DNA of 62,957 nt, counting the filler, from Sphacelaria rigidula (taxonomy: Eukaryota): the NCBI GenBank assembly GCA_964200075.2. It is 6 parts of 6 records of this genome, joined end to end, with 100 filler letters (N's around TTAATTAATTAA, not from the genome) between each part and the next. Parts side by side here need not be neighbours in the genome. Positions count along the whole stretch, not along the records: positions 21,022 to 31,430 come from CAXNAA020006541.1; positions 31,531 to 41,939 come from CAXNAA020006542.1; 4 more parts are not named here. One strand, 5' to 3'. A program made the translations under genes and the position numbers. How positions within the stretch are numbered: position 1 is the first letter of the stretch; each line of letters begins with the position of its first letter. Below the pieces are notes generated by a model that had not been told where the DNA came from, searched no databases, and saw only the letters and a program-made list of their open reading frames with translations. Of the stretch, positions 26,281-38,500 are shown piece after piece.

Positions 26281-26362
<82 letters not shown>

Positions 26363-29300
26363 CTTCACATTACAAACCGTTCCGATATCTGCGCGGTACA
26401 TTCGTACTGGGCATCTGATGCGGACGTCTTCCGTGGTCACCGGCTAGCTTCCGTTAATAAGGTATGAAGAAATTAAACAAAACCAAAGGAACCAAATATA
26501 CCTAGCTTAAAACTCACAAAACGCGATACAAGCAAAACGGGGATAAAAAATGAAGAAGGAAGAGAATACATATGGCTGACCTCAGAAGATCCGGTGCCGC
26601 AGGTGGCCATTCGGACTTCAGGGGGTGGCACCCGGCTTCCCAATTCGACGCGCGAGGCCAAGTAGAAATGAACACAGGGTCCGACTACGGGCGAGATTCA
26701 AGGCCCCAAATACCACCAACCAAAGAACTAAGAATCGCAACGCTCCATCTTTCGACCTCTCGAGGGACATCCATACGTACAAGCATACCAGGTGTATCAA
26801 GACAAGCACTGCATGACATAACGACACCCCTCATTGGGGGGGTTCACCACACCCCCCGTGCTCTGGACCGTCGTCATTACTGTGTTATGTGGGCTTCGTT
26901 GGTCTCCCGTCCAATCGCACGCAGTCGGCTGGCCTCCTCTTCATTTCTGTGCCATGAGGTCATGAACCTCTCCGCTTCCTGCAGCACTCCCGCGTGCCAC
27001 GGCAACCCCCCTCTTTATTCGCTCCTGAGGGCCATAGGGCGCGGTCAATTCCGAATGTCTGGCGATTGTTGTCCGTAGAGTCGTCTGTGGCTTCGAAAGC
27101 GTGGGGATCGTCCCTCAGGCACTCCAGTCAGTTTTGTTCCGGACACCCTGGTCCTGGATCCTCCCCCCCCGACTAGTGTTCCGAATGCTATTCGCTTCGG
27201 TAGTCGTTCGTCCGATTATCTGGCCAGGGCTCCCGCGGACAGCAGTCGTCGTTGCCGGACGTTGGCTTCAGCACTTTGGCATCCGGTCTTCTTGAGGGCC
27301 TGTGCATACGACAGCTGTCGGCATGTGCCGCGCACTCGGCGGTACCCGATGACTCGCAGGAGGAGCCGGTTGTGCACCTTTCTCAGCAAGTCGTAGTGTT
27401 CGCGGCGCGGGGCCCACGTCATCCATCCGTATAATAGGGCCTCCGTCGCCTCCGCTTTCAGCAGTCGGACCTTGAGTCTCCATGGTGCTTTCGGTCGGCC
27501 AAAGAGCTCCCGGGAGAACTTCCTGATGCACGCCCACGCTGCTCTGCTCCGATCGTTGATTTCTTGCTTGAGTTCGCCCTCTTCGTTGACAAGCCCGCCC
27601 AAGTATCGGAAACTACTTTTCTGGGCGTATTTCTGGCTCGCTGCTTCGATGATCAGCGGTGGGAAAGATGGTGTTGGTGACTCCCCCTTCTTCGGTGCTT
27701 GCCTCAGTACTCGCATCAAGAAATCTCCGTCTTCTTCTCCAATATACGGTCAGTCCAAGGGCCTCAAACACGTCCACTATGGTGGTCATCATCCTCGGCA
27801 GTCGATCGGGAAATCTTGAGATGGCGCAGGCATCGTGGGCATACAGCATTCCCCACACCGCAATCCGTACATGTTCCAGCGGTGTCTCCGCCCCCCTCCC
27901 CGTCTCCTTATCGAGATATACCATGTCCTTGGTGACGATATCATCCTCGCTGTATCGCACGAGGACTGTCTCGAGCACTGCCGCGAAGAAGGTGTTGAAC
28001 AGCACGAGAGACAGTACACATCCCTGTCGCAGTCCCTGTGTGACCTCAAACCACTCCGAGGGCTCCCCGTCGTCCATGCGTACGTTGGCCTTCATACCGT
28101 CGTGGAATTGGCGGATAACTGCTATCATATTATCCGGAATACCAGCTCGGCTCAGTACCTGCCACAGACGCTCTCGGTCGACCGAACCATATACCTTCTG
28201 GAGGTCGACGAAGCACATGTACAGCGATATTTTCCGCCGTCGTCCCAGCTCCTGGAGTCCGCGCACTACGAACAGCATGTCGACAGTTGATCGGTCAGAT
28301 CGGAAGCCACACTGTTCCCCCAGTAATATCCCGTGTGTTTCGCAGTAGTCGCTGAGGTGGCTGGCCACTATCTTCAGGAACACTTTTCCTGCGTGCGATA
28401 CCAGAGAGTTCCCCCTGCAGTTATTGTAGTCGGACCGGTCCGATTTCTTGTACAGCACCTTGATCGTTGCATCTTTCCACTCCTGCGGGATCTCCTCTCC
28501 GTTCCGCACCTCGACGAGTATGGTATGGAAGCGTTCGAGGACGATGGGTTCGGCGCGGTCGTCGATCTTGAGTAGCTCCACAGGAAGGGAGTCGTGTCCT
28601 GGCAATTTCCAGTTGTGCATCCCCCGGACTGCTCATCTGGTTCCCTCCTGTGTTGGTGCGGCCCCAAGCGGGACTGAGTCCCCGGTGGTGGACTCTGCCG
28701 GTCGCTGCTTCACCTCATCGATGATGGCTGGGTTCAGCTATGGCGATTTGGCGCTGAGCAGGGTGCGGAAGAACCTCGCCCACCGTTTAAGGATGGCAAC
28801 TTTGTTCCTCGGTAGGACGCCGTCCTCGTCCTTTATAAACTGCTGCCCCACGGATTGCCTTCTACCAAGACCCACCGATCTCTTGAGGTGTTCGTACAGG
28901 CCTCTCATGTCGCGATCCTTGTAGATCACTTCTAGCCTTGGCACATACCTCTCCAGAGATGCCCATGCATGCCGTCGTCTATTGCAGTACGCGCGTTCTT
29001 ACACGCGGCTCTGGGTGCTTCTCACGATGCTGGGGTCCGGTGATGCTTCATCAGTCGGCGTGCCTCCCGTCGTTCGGCGAGCGCTGCCTCCACTGTTGCT
29101 CTCGTGCCGGGATTTTCACACCATTCCGGCATACACGGTATCCGTATCTCTTCCGGGAGTACTGCCTGCGCTGCTTCGAGGATAGCTTCGGTAAACTCCT
29201 TCGCGGCCGCCGGTACGGTGGTGATTGGCTGGTATTTTCGCTCGGCGAGGTTATGTAGGAACCTCTCGGTCACGTGCTACCTTGCCATTTCGGTCGGCAG

Positions 29301-29840
29301 CTTCTGTCGACTGAATTGCCGCTGCTTCGACTTAGTGCGCACTTGGCGGTTGTGGGCAAGGCGGCCACCGAGGTCGACAGTGGCCACCACCATGTTGTGG
29401 TCCGAGTCTGCTTTAGCCGGGGGTGCGGGTTGGGGGTGTACGACTACGTTGCGCACTCTACCTCGGTGTGCCTCCCGGGTGAGTATGTAGTCTGTGCGCT
29501 TGAGGTCGCTCGTGCAATTCCCCGCAACACCGTTGTATGTGTGCGAGACTCCGCCTTTGCGCATGCTAAAGAAGGTGCTCGTGATGGCTAGTTTATTGTC
29601 GGTTGCAAAAGTTAGCAGAAGTTTGCCGTTATCGTTCAGCTCATCACGCTCATAGGCGCCTAGGACCCCTTCGTCCTCTAAGCCCTTTCCTACTTTGTCC
29701 CCCGTCCGCGCGTTGGCATCCATCAATACATACACACGTTCCTTCGACGGGATTCGCTGTACGAGATCGTCAAGTCCATCCCAGAACGCTTGTTTCGTTT
29801 TCGTTCTTGGCGGTTTCAGTTGGTGCTGTAGCCTTCGGGC
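26279..29840 (-). mobile_element. RTE-clade non-LTR retrotransposon (LINE), 5'-incomplete, frameshifted, with a (CAA)n tail
   Basis: APE endonuclease motifs APTE..MDANARTG..NDNG..DYILTR..SDHNMV (29277-29835). RT motifs EQCGFR..TVDMLF..CFVDLQK..GLRQGCVLS..MLYAHD (27613-28620). C-terminal FRYLGG..ALLYG..TW (27216-27719). A 3' UTR and a (CAA)n tail at 26279-26361. Confidence 0.95.
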
Positions 29841-29845
29841 AACAT

Positions 29846-30521
29846 TGTTACCTATTACTGCAGTGGAGAAATGCGTAGCAGGCGTTTTTAGTCTGGTTGG
29901 TGGATAACGGGTCTGAGAGTATGATCGATGGACTCCGTGATGTATGTTGTATACAGAACGAGGCAGGCCGGTCACTTCTGGTGAACGAAGACTGCCGTTT
30001 GTATAACTGCTTGGAGTTTTGAAGTCTTGCAGTCTCTGGAGCCCGTGACTGGGAGGAAGCCTCTGGAGCAGCAGCACTGTAACCTTGTCCTGATTGCAGG
30101 CAGGTTCACAATAAACGTTTATTCAGGAAACTTGTCGTTTCTGGAAAGGGTTTTCGAAGCCGCGACCCACAGTCTGTAAAACGGGGGACGCTCACGTTGA
30201 AAAACAGGGGGGGAGGAAGCGGCGGAAAGAGAGGCGCTGGTCATATAAGCCAAGGCAACTGAAGGAAGGGAGCCTTTTGGAAGGGTGGCAGCGCGCAGGA
30301 GGATAGCAGGAGTAGAGCCGAGAAGGTTCTGAGGTAGTGCTAGGGTGCGCTTTGGTATCAGTTGATCATCAGCTGGGTTGCCCGGAGAGCCTGCCAAAAA
30401 ACGTGGCGCAATTACTACCTCAAACGGGAGAATTGCAAGAGGGCAGGCTCAAGGTTGGCCAGCCGCGTTCAAGAAGAGAAGTCTACGAAGGGCTTCAAAA
30501 CGTGGTGAGAGCTGCGTGACA
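29846..30521 (+). mobile_element. Candidate LTR truncating the LINE 5' part
   Basis: LINE homology stops abruptly near 29840. The segment is bounded by tgttac...gtgaca with an internal aataaa and is followed by a repeat-containing degenerate ORF region. There is no second copy in the contig. Confidence 0.3.
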
Positions 30522-31594
30522 AGAGGTGCTGTGTTCGCCATAGTGTGGTGACAACGCTCGTCTTGGTGTACGGGCAGAGTTGCAGTTTCTGTGCTTGGGA
30601 GGCAGTTGAGTTTTTTTCACATTTTGTGTTAATTTTTGACATGGCAAGGCTCAGGATCAAGCACCTGATTGTGCCAAGCACACAGAAACTGTCATCACGG
30701 CTGGCCGGCGCACCGCGGCTGCGGCCGCCGCAGCGGGTAGTGGCGGTTCTGGCTCGAAAAAGCCTTCCAAACCTTGTCCCACCACACAGAAACTGTCGTC
30801 AGCGGCTAGCCGGCGCGCCGCGGCTTCAGCAGCCGCTGATAAGCCAAATAGCGCGCCCAACCAAAATGCAGTGCCCCGAGGCTGTTGGCGATGTGTGGGC
30901 CGAGGTTGTCATAGGTGCGGTGCTTATGATCCTACGGCGGGAGCAAGTACAGCTCCGCAGAAATTTCTGCTTCAAGGGGAGGTGCATTTCAAGTTGACGG
31001 ATTTAGACCCGCGCGATAGACTTGTGTTCGAAGACAAGCGTGTAGCTGAGGACACGCCTTGCATGCTCGAAGCTGCAGGGGGGTGATATTCGCGTCATGC
31101 GGACGAGCAAAGCGGGCTTGTGACTCGCCGTACTCATGGCAAGTCTCTAAGCCCCGACGATATGGCGGGAGATGGTTCAGATGATTCGCAGGGGTGTCTG
31201 TTTGAAGGAGAGCTGGATGCACCGTTGGCGGAGTTGCCGCCGGAGCAGTGTGGCGCTGTGGACATGCCGTGCATGCTGGAAGCAGCAGGGATGTGTGATC
31301 CGCGTGAGGCGGGTAGGCAGAGCGAGCTTCCGGCTTGTGATGCTATTAGGACACTTTATACGATAGCCCCCCCCCCCCAAAAGTGCCATGATGTTAGACG
31401 TGGAATTATCGCAATATTTCAATATCTTACNNNNNNNNNNNNNNNNNNNNNNNNNNNNNNNNNNNNNNNNNNNNTTAATTAATTAANNNNNNNNNNNNNN
31501 NNNNNNNNNNNNNNNNNNNNNNNNNNNNNNTTTACTCACCTTTTCTCGCTTTCCACAGTGGAAAGCATACATCACGAAGAAACAACTCAACGCA

Positions 31595-31662
31595 TGGGGA
31601 ATCGAACCCCCGTTCTCTTCACCCTAATGGCGACAGTCGGACCATTACACCACCGAGACTCG
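31595..31662 (-). mobile_element. tRNA-like SINE head (degenerate)
   Basis: Minus strand tggtgtaatgg (A box) ... ggttcgattccc (B box). No proper anticodon arm. Confidence 0.45.
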
Positions 31663-32545
31663 GGCATCGTATTTCTGGAAGGACACGCCGAGGTTGGTCG
31701 TTGGGTTTGGCGAGTAGCAAATTTGCCGGTAAATCATCCATCCCGCGGGTCCCATGAGGCCGTTGCTGGGAGTTTGAGTAACGGCGGGCGTCGACTACAA
31801 AAGGTACTGGGGGTAGTCCCCACCTGCCTCGAGGACGCATAGGTAGGAAGGGCAGTCCAGAACGGTTTTCAACATGCTGAATAACTCACCTCGGGTGCAC
31901 ATGCCCTAATCTGGCCTACACATCGACGGAACGATATACATTTGTGGGGAAGTCCTCTTGTGTGCATGGGGGCATAAGACGCGAAAAAAAGTATTCGACT
32001 TTTTGCAAGGCACGGGTGTGGCACATATCCCCTGATGAGTCAAGCCTTTTCTCATGTGAGAGAAAGTTCGATTGAAAGAGAGAGAGAGAAAGAGAGAGAG
32101 AGAATGTGCGGCTGCTTCTCTTTAAGGAGAGCTTTGCAAAACCGTACCCAATGTTCTTTCCTCGAAACGCACAACGCCCTGGGAAAAACAACCCAAGGAA
32201 GTAACGTCATATACCACGGATGAAAGCTATCATGCGAAGCAAAGGGCCATCCCCTAAGCTCATTACGGAATTTTTCGTGACTTGAGTTTTGTGCTCCTGT
32301 GCCCGTCAGGTTAACTATTCCTACTTACCTCGCAGTCAAAAGTTTACAACACAGCAGAAAGGCAAAATGTCGACACGTTACGCAGCACCCGTTGTCCCTA
32401 TTGCAACCATTGAAAGTCTCGTTGTCCAGGCTGTGGAGGTTTCAAAACTCGTGAACCATGGATGATGACACGTGTGGCAATGTGATAACAGTGGACAATG
32501 ACATACACCGAGACAAGACGCTCCCATTCCTCACAATTCACTCAC

Positions 32546-35500
32546 CTGTACAATGTTCGGATGTGCAAGCGATCGCATGATGGACGCCTCCTTTTCATAC
32601 ACCGCCCTTCCCTCCGTGCTCTGCAGGCTCGCGCGCTTCAGAACCAGCTCTCTCCCGTTCGACACGTCCTGAGAGGTTTGGTATACAAAAAAGGCGACAA
32701 TGAATTAAAAAGCGCCGGTGTCTTCTTTCCGACCTTGAAGTGTAAGTACAGTAGCCCTATTTTCACACATTGTCGCTGGTGTGGCGCTAGGAAACAGGAC
32801 ACGGGAGAAAAAGCGACGCGCTCACGTCGTTTCGGACATACTATACGCGCACACGCCACATGCGTTTTTCGTGAATTGAGCCACTACTGAAATGAAAAAA
32901 TCACGAGTGATATCTCCGACAAGTACGGTGTACGAGAGGAACCTGTGCACGTTTCCCCCTCTATTTTCCTTTCCTCGGATGGAGGTCCACTTGGGGAGGC
33001 TCATCCCTAACTGTGTCCATCCCGCCCTTGACACCGAGCACGTCGGCATGTTCCACGGTTGTGCTCTGTAGGGCATTATATATCTGGGAGCGGGGGATTC
33101 TTGGTGGACATACTAAGCCATACCGAAATGTGTCCTGAACATTTCCGACTTAGTCCGGCAGGGTATGGAGCCTTGTTCCCAACAATCCAATATGGTCTGA
33201 AAGGGTGTTCATCACTAAAGTACCTCTTTCATAGTTGTGTGGATACTCCTCTAACAATTTCAGTCGGTATATCCTAAGCCGGTCGCCCCGGTGGCTCAGT
33301 TGGTAACCTCAAAACCTCCTGACGGTTGGGTCGCGGGTTCAAATCTCGAAGCGATTTGGGATTTTTCTCACACAATGCCCGACAGTGGAGAGCGACTATG
33401 ACGTAGGTACACATCATTCGACTTTATGGTCGACGAGGGAAAGGGACAGCTGAACTCTTTTTGCGACAAAAACATAAAGGTAATCTCAGAGCGATCTGGG
33501 TTTTTTTCTCACACAATGCTCAGCAGTGGAGAGGGCCTATGTCGTGGGTACACAAAAATCGACTCTATGGTCGACGAGGGAAAGGGGCGGCTGAACTCCT
33601 CCCGCGATGACAATAAAGGCAAGCACGGCAAAAGGAAGGTGGAGAACTAAAACAGACAAAAAAGAAAATACTTCGTGTTGGCCTTTCTCCTGTGTGACCC
33701 CGGCTGGTGCGCCCACATACACCGAAAGGTGTATACCGGCGTCCAGAATAGATGGGACGACAACACACAACACATCAACTCATATCCCACAGAGCACAAC
33801 CTTGAAATGTTCAATTGTCAGCTGTCAGAAGAAAGCGTATAATTTTCGATTTTTCATTTTCAGACCTGCGGTATCAGTCACTCTGAAAAAAGTACAAGCG
33901 ATGTCATCATGAAATTGATACAGTAATGTATACTCGTACATCTTATATAACATGACAGCTGTACCCATGCCCTGGCCTAAGCCCATAGCAGCGCTCAAGC
34001 AGCACGCGCTCCCTTATGGCATCCACAAGAGCAAAGAGCGACGACGCCAACAACATGCCAAAAAGTATGAAGCCTCGTGCCCATTTTGAAATCACCCTTC
34101 GTGTACTCCTCAGACTCGTCTTTCCTCGGAGAGAGTCTTGAACCTCACAATGATGGAACCCACCTCCCTTCCTCGGTACCCGCGCATCTATTCGACAATC
34201 TAGCCAGCTGACACGGACCAGCGCTTAGCTACCCTACTCTCCCTGGTATACTCCAAGGGGAGAGCTGCAGACCAGATCACGGCCTACTAGGTAGGCGTGT
34301 ACGATCGCATGTATGCCAAGTCATGGCACCTTAGGGTTGAACAAAATATCCATTAGTTTCGAGATACTAGGAATCCTTCATCTCCAAAAAACAACCCTTA
34401 TAAAATATGTCAGAGCACGCCGCGATTATATAGCGTTCAAATGGGCTACGGATATCTCGTCTGAGTTTGAAAACGGGAATGTCCTGACCCATATCCTCGT
34501 GTACCTCGAACACTTTTGGAGCCCGTCCATGAGAAACATCTGGGCCCACACGTGCAACCGCTACTATGGCATAACTCTCCTGTCGACGCCGAATGAGAGC
34601 ATGTTGTTCGACTATGACGGAAAATCAGCTACAGTAGTGCGGGTGCTGTGTCAGTGCTCTAGTTGTAGAGTCTGGATTGGAGGAAGCAGTGCCGAACACA
34701 CACGGGTTGATAGCCCTAGAAAGAGTGGGTCTTTGGTTGAGGATCACACCACCTAGCAAACTGTTCATCCTAGGAAATTATATATAGTGGGCGTTGCCTG
34801 TGGAACCGAAGTGTAACGACACCCAGAAATATCGGAAGAGTGCGCTTCACATACATGGCTGTACGGTTGTTTGTTTCAGACGGCTCACCAAGTAGGATCA
34901 GTTGTCTCGCCTTCATCGAAATTTGGAAGCCATGTCATCAGAACAACCTTGTGAAGGGCGAGGGAAACACCGGACGACTCCTTTTTCTCTTCATTTTTCG
35001 ACAATTGCAGAGAGAGGCGTCTCTTTAAAACCTTATTGTGCGATCCGGTAAAAAAAAACGAACCACAACATAACCGACCGGAGTATATGGCACTTCATAA
35101 TTACAATTTCGAAGTATATTCTTGCGACCGGCTCTCGGTGGCAGGATAAAAATTGCAGCTACGCGGTTCAACTCGACTAGTTCGTACTTTCAGCGTCCCG
35201 GTGTCTAATGGTGTATCTGGAGCCACTAGTTGGGAAGAATGGGGGTGCGATTTCCGGCAGACGCATTCCGTTTTTTTATTGACAAGTACGAGGAACTGAT
35301 TTGCGTCCTTGTAAACGTCAGGACGGGAGTCTCAAAAATCAATTTGTGCTGGTCATGATTCAATCCGCGACACCAAAATGAAAAGCGTGTACCGAGGGCG
35401 AGATAAGTTGCTCCCTTGAGACCATTACACCATTGGACAACGGACTCATCCCGAGGAACGAGAGGGGTTGGAAGTGTGACGAAAAAAACAAATAAACTCA

Positions 35501-38500
35501 AGTTGAAGTATTGTAAACACTCGGTTCTTCCTTAAAACCCAGGCGCTCAAACGGAAGCACGCAGAGGTGTGATGGAACCTGTGCTTTACGGATGTGGCGT
35601 GATAACACAGGCAAGTGGCACGTGGTGATCGAGAAAGGGGCGGAGAATTACGAGGACGCGTGACGTCGCGAGGATTCCCGGCAATCCATTTGACATTGCA
35701 AGCAAGAGGTTGCTGCGCCGAGAGCCGTCAACAGGCGAGCCGTCACCGATGGTACAACAACAGTAGCAGCTGCTGCGCGTGAGGAATCGATGGAAACGGT
35801 CGACGTTGTGACCCACTTTTCCCCCCACTACTGTAGGGATGAATGAGGGTAGCCCGGAAATTGATCTACCGTTGCCTTTCGGCTGTTGAAGTCTTTCCCT
35901 GGCCAGTAACTGCTCCGTCTCCAAAAGGATGCGTGTTCAGTGGTCAAACGACTAAGGCAAGCGACAAATGAGTACGCCCCCCCCCCCCTCCCCCCTGGCC
36001 AGTAACATTGGCGATACTTGTTTGCTTGTCTACAACAGTAAAAACAGGGCTGAAATGTCTCCACTGTTTGCATACAGTGTCTCTGAGTGTGTGTGTACGT
36101 GTTTCGTACAGTAGGATGCGAAAAAGAAGCGGGCAACGTCCAGCACAGATAACGTGGAACTATCTGTACTCTCTGCTTACAATGCGACGTGGAAACGACT
36201 CGAACAACGTGCGGGTTTGTATTGCTTGCAACGTCCATGAACGTGTAAGCAAGTCGGTCGCCCATCCCACAACGTGGTTCCGTCGCCGATCTCTGCCATC
36301 AAAGAAGATGCTTGAGTTCTCGGCAGAGAAAGATCAAGGCATCATACCCAACTACTGCAGTGTACCCATCCCTGTGCTCAACTCGTGCTCTATGCTGCAG
36401 GGTCGTGATGGTAGCTGAGAATGAGTTGTGTGGGGTTTGCATGGTTCTGTGAACGGGTGGTCTGCAAGATAGGGGTTAAGTGCCCCTTAGTACCTCCCCT
36501 TTTCATGTTTTTGATAGAAAAAGCTTAGCTTCATTACATATTACTTTTCACCCGCGTGCCGCTAATTATAAAAAATAGTCGAAGCCAGCCAAGAACAGAA
36601 ATACCATGAACCTATCAGATCGAGTTCCTTTCCGCCTCACTTTTTCGATCGAAAAAATGTGCTTAGACACGCCTCAAGACAGGGCCCTAGGGCGTGTCTT
36701 CGCACTTCTTTCTTCGATCGAAAAAATGGGGCGGTGGAACCGATTTGAGCGGAAATTTTTCGTTTTGATGCAGTTGGGTCCAGATGGACTTTCAAGCTCT
36801 CAATCGAAAAACTACAGTGAAAATCGTGAAACGACACATGGTCACTCGTGTACAGAACAGACAGTCTGTCCCACGGATTGTTCACTTTTGGGACGTTTGA
36901 TCCACCTTTTGACCCCCAAACAGGGAAAACCGCCAACACACGTCTCGGACACTTCGCATCACCGCACAGAGAGGAGCCTAGCCCACTTTTCGGATTTCCT
37001 CGGCTCCAAAGTTTCGAGATTAGCCGCTGAGCAAAAATTCGTGCGCAAAAATCTGTGCTTGCCGACCTCCGCCAGTTTGGCGGGGTCAAAAGGTGGGTCA
37101 AACGTCCCAAAAGTGAACAATCCGTGGGCCAAAAATCTGTTTGCCACAAAATCCGGCCCAAGACACGCCCTCAGCAAAGCATTTTTCGATCGAGAAGGTG
37201 GGTGCGGCGGAAAATGAAAAATCTGATCTGACAAGTCGTCACTCATGTCCACGTCATTGATGTTAAATTGTCGTGGATCTATCAGATCGGAATTTTCTTT
37301 CCCGCCGCACTTTTTCGATCGGAAAGTGATGTGCCAAGACACGGCCTATAAGATACGGCCGAAGACAGGACAAAAAAAGAAGCGAGAAACGAAACAAGCC
37401 TCCAAAAGCAGCATGTTGATTGGTCGCCGGGCCCAGCGCAATCAACCAACATACTGCTTTTTGACGCTTGCTTCGTTTCTCGCTTCATATTCTAGTCTCG
37501 ATAAGACGGGGCCTAAGATCGGGTTGCCTTGCTCACGTCATCAGTACCGCTCGCAACTGGCACAACACAGGGTGAAGCTCGACGCCTGTCTCTCACAAGA
37601 TCCCGATATCTCGTTCGCCAGCTGCGAATTCCGAGTCAAGCACTCTCCTATCATAGAGCGTTCTTCTTGTTTTTTTTCTTTCATCCAGTGGTATTGGTGT
37701 ACTTGCAAAGTGTCGGCGTCTCATCCCTGCAGCGTTCGCGGGCGAGAGTTTCCAGTTACCAAACCTCTTTTGTTTGTGTCATCTCGGAAGCCATGCGGCA
37801 GACACTTTCCCCTTTATCTTTCACTAAACCTGTTTTCGGATTCACTCTGAGAGCGTTTTTTTTTTTGTCCCCCATCGTTTCATTATATTTTTTTCTTTGC
37901 TTTGTATTTTCCTCTTGTTTCCCTCTTTCTTGCTTTAGGTCGGCCATTTCTTTCTGTGCTTTGCTTGTGTTGAATTTTCATTACTTTTTTTTTGGCACGA
38001 CTTAGTCTGTTACGTCGTTCTGTTTCGACCCCCCCTTTTTTTTCTGTTCCTATATATTTTTTTTCTTAGAGCGTGTTTGAATTTCGTTTGTCTTGGGTAC
38101 GTCGATCAAGAGACCACGGCTGGACCCCTGGGGGGTCAGTTAAAGTGCGACAATCAATCAATCAAATCAGCGTTCCGTCCATCAAGGGTACATGTCTACT
38201 TTCTATCTGATCAGCACGGCTGCATTCGTCGCGGACCAGATGATATACGACGACCACTTGATTAATTAATTAAGCATTAATACAGTATTCGTAGTGCAGT
38301 ACAGACGATAGTAGGATTCCCCAAAGCACCGGGAGGCGTCTCCTTGTGAACCCGAAATCTCAGAAAATATGCGCTTGCCGTACCCGAACTTCAGAATATT
38401 CGCGCACGATACAACTGTAGTACCCGTACAACGATCGAAATGAGTGAAGAAGAAAATCACATGATGGTTATATTACGCAGATGTGTGGTTGATCGATTAT

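Noticed and set aside
26229-26467. Poly-Val/Cys/Leu ORFs
   Set aside because: These are translations of the LINE (CAA)n tail.
33278-33350. tRNA gene
   Set aside because: It has A/B boxes but no clean cloverleaf, and it continues into a repeated SINE body.
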